From an uncultured delta proteobacterium (GTDB taxonomy: Bacteria > Myxococcota_A > Polyangia > Fen-1088): a DNA stretch of 64,000 bases. The stretch is from assembly GCA_963767925.1 (NCBI GenBank), contig CAVYGB010000002.1, positions 704,001-768,000 on the forward strand, read 5' to 3'. This document shows positions 54,229 to 64,000 of the stretch, one piece after another; position 1 is the stretch's first letter; every line of letters starts with the position of its first letter. The position numbers were made by a program, and so were the translations under genes. The notes under the pieces were generated by a model, which searched no databases, was not told where the DNA came from, and was given only the letters and a program-made list of their open reading frames with translations.

Positions 54229-54246
54229 CGGCGAGCTACCCTTTCA

Positions 54247-54330
54247 GTCGAACGATACTCGCGTTCAGCTGCGGGCGTTCGCCCGAGCGAAGCGAAGGAG
54301 CGATCGCCCACTGCAACGCGCTGGTTAGCC
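54247..54330 (-). mobile_element. Integron attC site (84 bp)
   Basis: Minus strand GGCTAAC CAGCGCGTTGCAGTGGGC...CGCAGCTGAACGCG AGTATC GTTCGAC. Confidence 0.8.
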
Positions 54331-54426
54331 GGCATCTGGCCTTGATGGCGCTCCCAGGATCAGCTCGATCCCAATCAGATCACCGTCCTTCAAGCCGTAG
54401 GTCGCTCTCGGCTCGTTTGGCCGGCG

Positions 54427-54463
54427 TTGCCTGGACCGCCGTTCGTGTGTAGACTTTTACACA
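54427..54463 (+). promoter_or_regulatory. Sigma70 promoter with palindromic operator for vapBC
   Basis: TTGCCT-17bp-TAGACT; TGTGTA-N6-TACACA at 54446-54463 overlaps the -10 and the ATG. Confidence 0.7.
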
Positions 54464-54663
54464 TGGCCACCAACCTCGCCATCGATGATCGTCTACTCGA
54501 GGAAGCTCTCCGGGTCGGTGGTCACCGCACCAAGAAGGATACCGTGACCGAGGCGCTCGAAGAGTACATCCGACATCGCAAGCAGGCTCGGATCCTGGAC
54601 CTCTTCGGCAAGGTGGACTTCGATCCGAAGTACGACTACAAGCGCCAGCGACGTCGACCGTGA
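54463..54663 (+). CDS. vapB: VapB family antitoxin
   Basis: MATNLAIDDRLLEEALRVGGHRTKKDTVTEALEEYI. Confidence 0.9.
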   Translation: MATNLAIDDRLLEEALRVGGHRTKKDTVTEALEEYIRHRKQARILDLFGKVDFDPKYDYKRQRRRP

Positions 54664-55079
54664 GCGTAATCGTCGATACCTCGGTCTGGTCGCTTGCCCT
54701 TCGCCGCAGACGGGCCGCGAACGAACCCCAGACTCGTGAGCTTGCAGATCTCATTCGAGAGGGTCGCGCTTCGATCATCGGGCCCATCAGACAGGAGATC
54801 CTGTCCGGCGTTCCCGCGGAGCAGCAGTATCAGACTCTCCGTGAGTATCTGCGACCCTTCCCAGATGTCGAACTGGAGGTGGACGACTACGAGGAAGCGG
54901 CCGCCTTCTTCAACCGATGCCGATCTCGCGGAGTCCAGGGCTCGAACACCGATTTCCTGATCTGCGCCGTGGCCGTCAGACGGAAGTTCTCGATCCTGAC
55001 AACCGATGAGGATTTCTCGCACTTCGCACGACTCCTCCCCATCCAGTTCCATTCACCTCGCAAGGTACGAGCCGGCTAA
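54660..55079 (+). CDS. vapC: VapC PIN domain toxin
   Basis: IVDTSVW, QEILSG, DFLICA, TTDEDF; GTGA overlap with vapB. Confidence 0.92.
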   Translation: MSVIVDTSVWSLALRRRRAANEPQTRELADLIREGRASIIGPIRQEILSGVPAEQQYQTLREYLRPFPDVELEVDDYEEAAAFFNRCRSRGVQGSNTDFLICAVAVRRKFSILTTDEDFSHFARLLPIQFHSPRKVRAG

Positions 55080-55097
55080 CGACCTGCATTCAGGGGC
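55071..55097 (-). mobile_element. Half attC (L'/R' end) bounding the vapBC cassette
   Basis: Plus strand GGCTAACGACCTGCATTCAG resembles GCTTAACGACCTGGCGTTCAG at 53477; gives GTTAGCC on the minus strand. Confidence 0.65.
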
Positions 55098-55379
55098 TGG
55101 ATCCTGACCTGAGCCCGACGAAAGCATCGACAGCGACGACGTGAGTGAATGACAAGTCGCCTTCCATGAGCGCCCATCGCGCCTGAGGTGCGAGCGGCCA
55201 GAGCAAGGGTGGCGACACGTCAGGCCACGGCTTGTCGATGCGGTCAAGACTGCCGCCCATTGCCACTTGACCCTGGCAACGGGCGGTCCATTCGTGGAGG
55301 ACGGAGAGATTCATCGTTTCCCCACGCAGAGCGGCGCACACGAACTGGCGATCCGAGAGAGCATCAGCGGCGCCGGCGC

Positions 55380-55781
55380 ATGGTTCAGAGCCGACTCAGC
55401 AATCTTGTCGAGGGCAGCGTAGTCATACTGAGGATGGACTGCGACCTCGATCGTCATCCGCTCGAGCTCCTCACCAAAGATGCGCCCTCGGCCTGTCTCG
55501 AGGAAGGACGAGATGCTTTCCATCCGGGCGATCTGCCGCCCGCGTCGAGGTGTCCGGCCGGACAGCGAGGCATCACCTTCGGCGACAACTTCGGCGGCTT
55601 CATCTGCAACTACGACCTGGTGTCGGGTCGGTTCGTTGGCGGCACCTACTTCCAGGACACCCGGCAATACTGCGAGAGGACGGAGTTTCGCTTCCATACG
55701 GAGGAGCCGTTCGAGCCCTGCGTCGGCAGCCCACCCGAGACCGCGAAGATCTGCCCGCAACCCGACGGCGGCGGAGGGTGA
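55380..55781 (+). CDS. Cys-rich hypothetical protein (start uncertain)
   Basis: Regularly spaced Cys, globular-looking composition. Confidence 0.45.
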   Translation: MVQSRLSNLVEGSVVILRMDCDLDRHPLELLTKDAPSACLEEGRDAFHPGDLPPASRCPAGQRGITFGDNFGGFICNYDLVSGRFVGGTYFQDTRQYCERTEFRFHTEEPFEPCVGSPPETAKICPQPDGGGG

Positions 55782-55895
55782 GGGGTCAGGGGTGGCGGGG
55801 GTCGCCGTTGCGTTCGCGGCGGGAGAGGCGGATGAGGACGATGGCCACGGCGGCGGAGCCCACTACGAAGAACACGGCGCCCACGACCAGGCCGA

Positions 55896-56252
55896 TCATT
55901 CGCGGGCTTTGCCGGGGCGGCCGATGGGGACCTCCAGGCCGGCGGCCTGCTTGGTGATGTCCTCGACCAGGCGGTAGAGGTCGGTCGATCGGACGCGGTC
56001 GTCGACCCAGCGGCCGCCGTCGTCGTCCCAGGTCAGATGCCAGGCCCGGTCCTTGAACGCCACCCAGATCTGGCGCACCGGGGCCTGGGGCGAGAGGATG
56101 CAGCGCTTGCCGTCGGCGAACTGGAGGGTCAAGGTCCCCTGGCTGTAGACGCTCTCCACCACGTCGGGGTCGACGTTCTCGAAGGCGCCGTCGATGGTCT
56201 GGAAGGTCTCGTCCACGAGCCGGCGGTAGGTGCTTTCGTCGGGCAGCGACAT
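55896..56252 (-). CDS. cyaY: Iron donor protein CyaY (frataxin)
   Basis: YRRLVDETFQTI, GTLTLQFADG, QAPVRQIWVA. Confidence 0.85.
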   Translation of the reverse strand: MSLPDESTYRRLVDETFQTIDGAFENVDPDVVESVYSQGTLTLQFADGKRCILSPQAPVRQIWVAFKDRAWHLTWDDDGGRWVDDRVRSTDLYRLVEDITKQAAGLEVPIGRPGKARE

Positions 56253-56274
56253 GGTAGGCGCAAGGCTAGCACCA

Positions 56275-57333
56275 TCAGGGCGGGGGCGCGGTGCGCTCGG
56301 AGGGGTCGCGGTCGGGGACCTCGCCGCTGCCCAGCCAGCCCCGGCGGCGGAAGAAGAGCAGGACCGCCACCACCACCGCCGCCATCAGCCCCAGGACGGT
56401 CGGGTAGGCCCAGGGCCGGTGCAGCTCGGGCATGTGCTCGAAGTTCATCCCGTATATCCCGGTGATCACCGTCAGGGGCATCAGCACCGCCGTGAACAGG
56501 GTGAGAAACTTCATGATCTCGCCCAGGCGCAGGTTGGTGACCGACAGATAGGTCTCCTGCAGCGAGGTGATCATCTCGCGGTGGGTCTCCAGCCAGTCGG
56601 TGAAGCGGAAGACGTGATCGTAGACGTCGCGGAACAGGACCGCCTCCTGGGCCGGCACCAGGGAGAACTCGTTGCGGGCCAGGCGCAGCAACACCTCCCG
56701 CTGCTTGGTCAGCCAGCGGCGCAGGCCCAAGGTGGTGCGCTTGAGGGTCAACATCCGCATCAGGTCGTTGCGGTGCGGGCGCTCGAGCACCCGGCCCTCG
56801 ACCGCCTCGATGCGCTCCTCGAGCGCCTCGAGCACCGGCTCGATGCTCTCGACCTGGCGGTCGAGGATGGCGTGCAGCACGGCGGCCGGTCCCCGCCGGA
56901 GCGGGCCGCCGTGGTTGCGGGTGACCTGCTCCCAGATGGCGGTCACGCTGCGCGAGGGGTGCTCGTGGTAGGTGAAGAGGAAGCGCTTGCCGAGGAAGGC
57001 GTCCAGCTCGACCGTCTCGGTGTGCTCGGGGCTGGAGGCGGCGGTGATGCCGTGGGTGATGAGGAAGACGTAGTCCTCCTCGAACCCGTCGATCTTGGGG
57101 TGCTCGCGGGCCTCGAAGCAGTCGTCGATGGCCAGCGGGTGGAAGCGGAACAGGTCGCGGGCCAGGGCCACCGCCGCCGGGTTGTCGGTGCCCCAGGAGT
57201 CGATCCAGAGGAACACCTCCGGGTCGTGTAGCAGGGCCGGCAGGTCCGGGAGGGCCACGTCCTCGAGGAAGGCCTTGCCCGCCCGCTGGGCCACGACGTG
57301 GATGCCACTGTCGGCGGCTGCTTGGTCGGCCAC
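56275..57333 (-). CDS. corA: Magnesium/cobalt transporter CorA
   Basis: FHPLAIDD, YGMNF, two C-terminal TMs. Confidence 0.95.
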   Translation of the reverse strand: MADQAAADSGIHVVAQRAGKAFLEDVALPDLPALLHDPEVFLWIDSWGTDNPAAVALARDLFRFHPLAIDDCFEAREHPKIDGFEEDYVFLITHGITAASSPEHTETVELDAFLGKRFLFTYHEHPSRSVTAIWEQVTRNHGGPLRRGPAAVLHAILDRQVESIEPVLEALEERIEAVEGRVLERPHRNDLMRMLTLKRTTLGLRRWLTKQREVLLRLARNEFSLVPAQEAVLFRDVYDHVFRFTDWLETHREMITSLQETYLSVTNLRLGEIMKFLTLFTAVLMPLTVITGIYGMNFEHMPELHRPWAYPTVLGLMAAVVVAVLLFFRRRGWLGSGEVPDRDPSERTAPPP

Positions 57334-57334
57334 G

Positions 57335-58744
57335 TCAGTGGGGGGGCAAGGCGGTCCAGAAGGTGCGGATCCGGGTCCGCACGAGCAGCGGAAGCGGCCC
57401 CTCGCGCTTCCAGTCGCCCAGGCGGCGCCGCAGCTCTTCCACGCTGCCCACCGAGGAACGCCCCACGCGCAGGATGATGTCGCCCACCTTGAGGTTGGCC
57501 TCCCGGGCCGCCCCGCCGGTCACCCGCGTGACCTGCACGCCCTTGCCCCCCGGCAGCTCGGCCGCCCGCGAGCGGGCCACCTCGCGCGTCTCGAACCCCA
57601 CCGCCGGCGCGGCCTCGGCCGGGAGGAAGCGGCAGTCCCAGGGGTGGCGGGTGCGGCTGGCCCGGGGCGCCGGCCGGGTAGTCACGTGTTTCTCGAGCGG
57701 GCGCCCGTCGCGCAGGACGCCCACCTTGACCCGCATGCCGGGCGCGGTGAGCTGGGCGAAGATCCGGAAGTCGTCGCGGGTGGCGAGCGGGTGGTCCCCC
57801 CAGGCGGTCACGATGTCTCCCGCCTCCAGCCCACCGGCCTCGGCCGGCGAGGCCTTCTCCACCGCCGCCACCAGGGCCCCGCGCAGGCTGGCCAGCCCGA
57901 AGGCGGAGGCCAGCATCGGCGTCACCGGCTGGCTCTCCACGCCGAGGAAGGAGCGCGGCGCTTCGCCGGCGTCACGCAGCCGGGGCAGCAACATCTTGAC
58001 CACGTTGACCGGGATGGCGAACCCGACGCCGGCGGCCGGCTGGGGCCCACCCCAGAAGGCGGCGTTGATGCCGATGACCCGCCCCGACGAATCGAGCAGC
58101 GGCCCGCCCGAGTTGCCGAGGTTGATGGAGGCGTCGGTCTGTATGTAAAACGAATAGGGCGGCTCCTCGGCCTCGGCGCCCGACTGCTCCGAGCCCGGGT
58201 CGATGACCCGCTCGGTGGCCGAGACGATGCCGGCGGTCACGCTGTGGGAAAAGCCGAAGGGGCTGCCGATCGCCACCACCGACTCTCCTACCCGCACCTT
58301 GTCCGAATCGCCGAGCGGCAACACGGGCGGCGCCTCCTTGGGCTCGATGCGCAGCAGGGCCACGTCGGCCAGCTCGTCGGTGCCGAGCACGCAGGCGGAG
58401 AACTCGCGCCCGTCGTACAGGCGCACCCGCAGGTCGGTGGCGCCGCGCACGACGTGCTCGTTGGTGACGATGGAGCCGCGGCGGTCGACCAGGAACCCCG
58501 AGCCGACCGAGACACCGGCCGTGCCCGGGTTGCGCCCCTGGGCCCGCGCCGTGCGGTCGACAAGCGCGCCGCGCACGTGCACGACGGCGGGGCGAGCCCG
58601 CTCGGCCAGATCGGCCAGGGGGTGGACCACCGGGAGGACCTTGCCCCGCGGGTCCGTCGCGGGCGACGCGGGCGCGCCCTCCGCCGGCCCGCCCGCCATG
58701 GCGAGCAGACCAACCCAGATCGCCGCCGCCCTGCCGCCTGCCAC
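57335..58744 (-). CDS. HtrA/DegP-like serine protease with two PDZ domains
   Basis: GSGF, TNEHVV, DVAL, QTDASINLGNSGGPL. Confidence 0.95.
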   Translation of the reverse strand: MAGGRAAAIWVGLLAMAGGPAEGAPASPATDPRGKVLPVVHPLADLAERARPAVVHVRGALVDRTARAQGRNPGTAGVSVGSGFLVDRRGSIVTNEHVVRGATDLRVRLYDGREFSACVLGTDELADVALLRIEPKEAPPVLPLGDSDKVRVGESVVAIGSPFGFSHSVTAGIVSATERVIDPGSEQSGAEAEEPPYSFYIQTDASINLGNSGGPLLDSSGRVIGINAAFWGGPQPAAGVGFAIPVNVVKMLLPRLRDAGEAPRSFLGVESQPVTPMLASAFGLASLRGALVAAVEKASPAEAGGLEAGDIVTAWGDHPLATRDDFRIFAQLTAPGMRVKVGVLRDGRPLEKHVTTRPAPRASRTRHPWDCRFLPAEAAPAVGFETREVARSRAAELPGGKGVQVTRVTGGAAREANLKVGDIILRVGRSSVGSVEELRRRLGDWKREGPLPLLVRTRIRTFWTALPPH

Positions 58745-58750
58745 CCGTCC

Positions 58751-59320
58751 TCAGATGGGCTTGGGCTGCTGGGCGCGGGCCTTGTCCGCCTCACGCGGCG
58801 GGGTCCGACCCTGGGCCCCCGGCGCCGGGGCCGGGCGTCCGGCCCCCTGGGCCGCGCGCGGCTCGGGCTTCTCGACCTCGGCGCGCCTGGGCTCGGGCCG
58901 CTTCGCTTCGGGCGGGGCGGCGGCCCGGCCGGGCATGTTCATCTTCTTGGCCTCACCCGCCAGCTTCTGCATCTTCTCGTTCATCTGCTGCTGATCGCGC
59001 TCGCTCAGCCGCTCCTGGGGTGGTCCCGGCGGCTCGAACAGGGTGCGCGCGCCGCCGCGCTCGAGGTACGAGCGGGTGGCGTCCTTGGCCGCCTTGCCCG
59101 CCGCCTCCGCACGCTTGGCCGCCTTCTGCGCCGCCTCGATGCCGATCAGCTCGCGCACCTTGGCCTTGGTCCCCTCCCACAGCTCCTCCGACTCCTGGCT
59201 GCCGGCGATGGCCCGCAGGTGGCCGAACAGCGTCCGTTCCCCCAGATCGACCGTCACGCCGAACCAGATGAAGGCGGCGAGACAAGCCAGGGTGAAACAC
59301 AGCGAGATGAGCCTTATCAC
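58751..59320 (-). CDS. Hypothetical membrane-anchored protein
   Basis: N-terminal TM, VDLGERTLFGHL, low-complexity tail; in line with the operon. Confidence 0.75.
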   Translation of the reverse strand: MIRLISLCFTLACLAAFIWFGVTVDLGERTLFGHLRAIAGSQESEELWEGTKAKVRELIGIEAAQKAAKRAEAAGKAAKDATRSYLERGGARTLFEPPGPPQERLSERDQQQMNEKMQKLAGEAKKMNMPGRAAAPPEAKRPEPRRAEVEKPEPRAAQGAGRPAPAPGAQGRTPPREADKARAQQPKPI

Positions 59321-59412
59321 CGCCCATCATTTTTAACACCGCCCAGCACGACCTGGCTACTTTCCACGTAACGCGTCGTGACCCGCTGCCACGATCCCGA
59401 TCACTCGCCCGA

Positions 59413-59514
59413 ACCCTTTGAGGGTCCCGGCGACTATCGCGTGCGGAGCCGCCGAGCTTGCTCGGCGCGAGGCTTCGCGGGGGGTTCGGGACCCTTGAGG
59501 GTCCCGACGACTAT
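59413..59514. repeat. Two copies of the palindromic ACCCTT(T)GAGGGTCCCGRCGACTAT
   Basis: Copies at 59413-59437 and 59491-59514. Confidence 0.7.
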
Positions 59515-59903
59515 GGCTGGCTTCCGACCCGGTAGCTGGAGGCACGCAGGAGCAGGTTGGTGAGGCGGTCGCGGTTGTCCTGGTCGACCGGCTCGATGGT
59601 GCAGCCGAAGCCCGGGGGGCGCTTGCCGGCGTAGCCCTGGTCGACCCGGATCACCCGGCTCTTGCAGTTGATGTTGAAGTCGGGATCGTCGCCCATACCC
59701 TCCTCGGATCCGAAGATCACGAGCGCGAACTCGATCCCCGGCTTCAGCTCGGGATACTGGTCGGGCGTCCCCTCCAGATACACGCCTCCGGCCGACACGT
59801 TCCGGACGGCGATGATGTACACCTCGGACCCCCTCACCTGCGCTTGCGCGTACACCTCGATACGAGGGCTGCGGCGGTTCGAGGGGTCGACCGCTTCGCT
59901 CAT
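59511..59903 (-). CDS. PilZ domain protein
   Basis: RRSPR and NVSAGG motifs. Confidence 0.88.
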   Translation of the reverse strand: MSEAVDPSNRRSPRIEVYAQAQVRGSEVYIIAVRNVSAGGVYLEGTPDQYPELKPGIEFALVIFGSEEGMGDDPDFNINCKSRVIRVDQGYAGKRPPGFGCTIEPVDQDNRDRLTNLLLRASSYRVGSQP

Positions 59904-59949
59904 GCAAAAAGAGTCGACAGGCCGTCCAAGAAAGTCAAATCGCCCCGCC

Positions 59950-59989
59950 AAAAAGAAACGCCGGCCGTCAAGAAACCGACGGCCGGCGT
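59950..59989 (-). terminator. groEL Rho-independent terminator
   Basis: 12-bp stem ACGCCGGCCGTC/GACGGCCGGCGT followed by a T tract. Confidence 0.85.
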
Positions 59990-60008
59990 GGATCTTACGA
60001 CTTACGCT

Positions 60009-61664
<1,656 letters not shown>

Positions 61665-61685
61665 GTTCCGGATCCCTTTCCTTGA

Positions 61686-61974
61686 CTACTCGAGCACGGC
61701 CAGCACGTCGTCCTCGCGCAGGATGAGGTGCTCGGTGCCTTCGATCTTGATGTCGTTGCCGGAGTACTTGGAGAACAGGATCTTGTCGCCGGCCTTCACC
61801 TCCAGCTTGCGCAGCGATGCCGTCCTCCTGGATCTTGCCGTTGCCCACGGCGACCACCAGGCCCTGCTGGGGCTTCTCCTTGGCGGTGTCGGGGATGAAG
61901 AGACCACCAGCGGTCTTCGTCTCTTCTTCGAGGCGCTTGATGAGAATGCGATCGTAAAGCGGTCTTACTTTCAT
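61686..61974 (-). CDS. groES: Co-chaperonin GroES (one apparent +1 frameshift)
   Basis: [36 protein letters not shown]; shift near 61818. Confidence 0.97.
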
Positions 61975-62053
61975 GGGTTTCTCCTTGTCCGAATCTCCCT
62001 CCCCGCAGGGAAAAGAGCGTTTTTCCGAAATCGTCGCCGGTGCGCGGCCCGCC

Positions 62054-62524
62054 TCAGCCGGCCGCCGCCCCGCTGGGTTTGCTGCCGCCCGAGCTGCTGC
62101 CGCCCGAGCTGCTGCTGCTGCTGCTGCTGCCCCCACCCGAGCCCGAGGCGCTCCCGCCGGAGCCGCCTGACCCCCCGCCGCCGCTCGAGCCGCCAGAGCC
62201 CGAGGAGCCCCCGCCGCTGCCCGACCCGGTCGAGCCGCTGCCGCTGGCGGTCTTGCTGTCGGCCTTCTTGTCGCCGCCGCTCGCGTCGCTGGCCTTGGCG
62301 GTGCTGCCCGAGTCGCTCGACTTGGCGGCGTCCTTGGGCTTGCCGCTCGAATACAGGTCCTTGTACCAGCCGCCCCCCTTGAGCTGGAACGCCGTCTGGC
62401 TGATCAGCCGCTCGACGGTCTCCTGGGCGCACTTCGGGCAGGTGCGAACGGGGGGATCCTTGATTTTCTGCCACTCCTCGAACGCGTGCCCGCAGGCATT
62501 GCACTGATACTCGTAGACCGGCAT
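62054..62524 (-). CDS. FmdB family zinc-ribbon protein with Gly/Ser tail
   Basis: [13 protein letters not shown]...CPKC...FQLKGGGWY. Confidence 0.92.
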   Translation of the reverse strand: MPVYEYQCNACGHAFEEWQKIKDPPVRTCPKCAQETVERLISQTAFQLKGGGWYKDLYSSGKPKDAAKSSDSGSTAKASDASGGDKKADSKTASGSGSTGSGSGGGSSGSGGSSGGGGSGGSGGSASGSGGGSSSSSSSSGGSSSGGSKPSGAAAG

Positions 62525-62558
62525 TGGCTTGTGCCTCTCTCTCGTGAACGGCGCCTTT

Positions 62559-62606
62559 GGTATAAACACGCCCGGGTCGCTGTCAAGCGACCACCGAGAG
62601 TGCTAA
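62559..62606 (-). promoter_or_regulatory. Sigma70 promoter with CIRCE half-site
   Basis: Minus strand TTAGCACTC-N9-GCTTGACAG; TTGACA-16bp-TATACC. Confidence 0.6.
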
Positions 62607-62715
62607 TGAATCGGGGTAATCGTCAAGGTAAACAGTAACTTACGTCGACACACACCGTTCAGCGCCCGACCGGACGAAGTGCCAGCGAACCCCGCGTGGT
62701 AGATCCACCGCCCCG

Positions 62716-63114
62716 ATGCCCACCGTCATACAACCCCGGGGGTGGCCGCGCCCCCGCGGATACGCCAACGGCATGCTCGCCTCCGGCCGGTTGCTCGCCA
62801 TCGGCGGCCAGGTCGGCAGCCGCCCGCCAGGGATGACCCTGGCCCGGGGCCTGGTGGCGCAGTTCGCGCAGGCGCTCGACAACGTCGTCGCCGTGGTGCG
62901 CACGGCCGGTGGCAGCCCCACCGACATCATCTCGCTGACGATCTTCGTGACCGAGCTCGACCAGTACGTGGCCTCCACCCAGGAGATCCGCACGGTCTGG
63001 CGCGAGCGGCTGGGGGACCATTACCCCGCGATGGCGCTCATCGGCGCCCGGGCCCTGCTCGACGCCGAAGCGGTGGTCGAGATCCAGGGCTTCGCCGTCC
63101 TCCCCACCACCTGA
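62716..63114 (+). CDS. RidA/YjgF family protein
   Basis: PRGYANG, GGQVG, QALDNV, YPAM, VEIQG. Confidence 0.92.
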   Translation: MPTVIQPRGWPRPRGYANGMLASGRLLAIGGQVGSRPPGMTLARGLVAQFAQALDNVVAVVRTAGGSPTDIISLTIFVTELDQYVASTQEIRTVWRERLGDHYPAMALIGARALLDAEAVVEIQGFAVLPTT

Positions 63115-63320
63115 CGCGCGCGCGGCCGCAGCCCACCCGAGCGGGCGGCGCTACGGCCGACGGCGCGACCGGTGCGAGCGGGATCGGCGCAGGACCGCCC
63201 CGACAGGAGGGCAGGCGCGGACCTTGTCGGTGGTTTTCGTAACATCGGGCGGGCGGCCGGGCGAAACCCCGGACATCGACCGGCCGGCCGGGGCGACGGG
63301 CCGGCCGGGGGGCCCGCCCG

Positions 63321-63605
63321 TCAGGGGCGGCCGGGGGCGTGCTCGAGCCCGCTGGCCAGGGTGGCGGCCAGGTGGCCCAGGCGGTCCTCCTCGACGAGGT
63401 CGTCAAAGCCGCCGATGTGCTCGCCGTCGAGGAAGATCTGCGGCGTGGTGGTCTCGCCCCCGGTCGCCTCCATCATCTCGCGCTTCAGATCCTCCCGCTC
63501 GCTGATGTCGACCTCGTCGTAGGGGACGCCCTTCTCCTCGAGGAAAAAGCGCGCCTCTTCGGAGAACGGACAGTCCTGCTTCGTGTACATGCGTATGCGG
63601 CTCAT
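63321..63605 (-). CDS. Glutaredoxin (GrxC-like)
   Basis: YTKQDCPFS, TTPQIF, HIGGFDDL; GGAGG RBS. Confidence 0.9.
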   Translation of the reverse strand: MSRIRMYTKQDCPFSEEARFFLEEKGVPYDEVDISEREDLKREMMEATGGETTTPQIFLDGEHIGGFDDLVEEDRLGHLAATLASGLEHAPGRP

Positions 63606-63700
63606 GCTGACCTCCCACCTCCCGGGAAACCAAGCACGTCCCGGGCCAGCCAGCGTGGGGCGCTTCCGTTCGGGGCGGGTCTGTGCTGAGGTCCCCGTCG

Positions 63701-64000
63701 ATGTGGCTCGAACGCGCGCAATCAAGGTGGTCTCTGTCCTGGTCCCTGGCCGCGCTGGCGGTGGCCGCCGGGCTGTTGCAGGCCGCGCCCGCCCGCGGCG
63801 CGCCGGTCACCAAGCCAGCCCGGGGCGCGCCCGCCCGGGCGGCGCCCGCCGGTGCCCGGGTCGCCATCGACTGGCCGGCGTTCCTGGCGCGGCACGATCT
63901 CGTCTGGAAGAAGGTGCCAGCGGCCTGGCAGGAGGGGGCCTTCCTGGGCAACGGGCTGCTGGGGACGATGATGTTCGCCGAGGGCAAGGGCGGGCTGACC
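63701..64000 (+). CDS. Secreted GH95-like glycoside hydrolase, partial (runs off the window)
   Basis: Signal peptide, IDWPAFLARHDLVW...WQEGAFLGNGLLG. Confidence 0.65.
   Translation, partial: MWLERAQSRWSLSWSLAALAVAAGLLQAAPARGAPVTKPARGAPARAAPAGARVAIDWPAFLARHDLVWKKVPAAWQEGAFLGNGLLGTMMFAEGKGGLT

Overview
Very GC-rich bacterial DNA, most likely Myxococcota (inferred from MYXO-CTERM-like surface proteins, a DUF1592/DUF1552 pair, DUF1566 lipoproteins, Ser/Thr kinases and a Cys-rich VWA lipoprotein). About 1-56 kb is accessory-type sequence rich in secreted proteins and lipoproteins. The right end is housekeeping-like (cyaY, corA, HtrA protease, PilZ, groEL-groES, RidA, glutaredoxin). I see no rRNA, tRNA, CRISPR array, integrase or transposase. 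Main non-obvious signals: (1) two separate clusters of integron attC-like sites (about 5.05-5.85 kb and 53.5-55.1 kb) with no integrase in the window, carrying only toxin-antitoxin cargo, with the toxin missing or broken in three of four cassettes; (2) a four-helix-bundle (IVP-like) gene followed by a ~170-nt hexamer-built hairpin that appears to sit inside an alkaline phosphatase gene; (3) a coupled three-gene operon resembling a toxin/chaperone/immunity module; (4) a lipoprotein with two complete alpha-carbonic anhydrase domains; (5) several REP-like and tandem repeat families. Caveat: groEL and groES carry four single-base insertions and many genes show abrupt internal deletions, so sequence or assembly error is likely and pseudogene calls are provisional. 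All family calls come from motif recognition by eye, not database searches.
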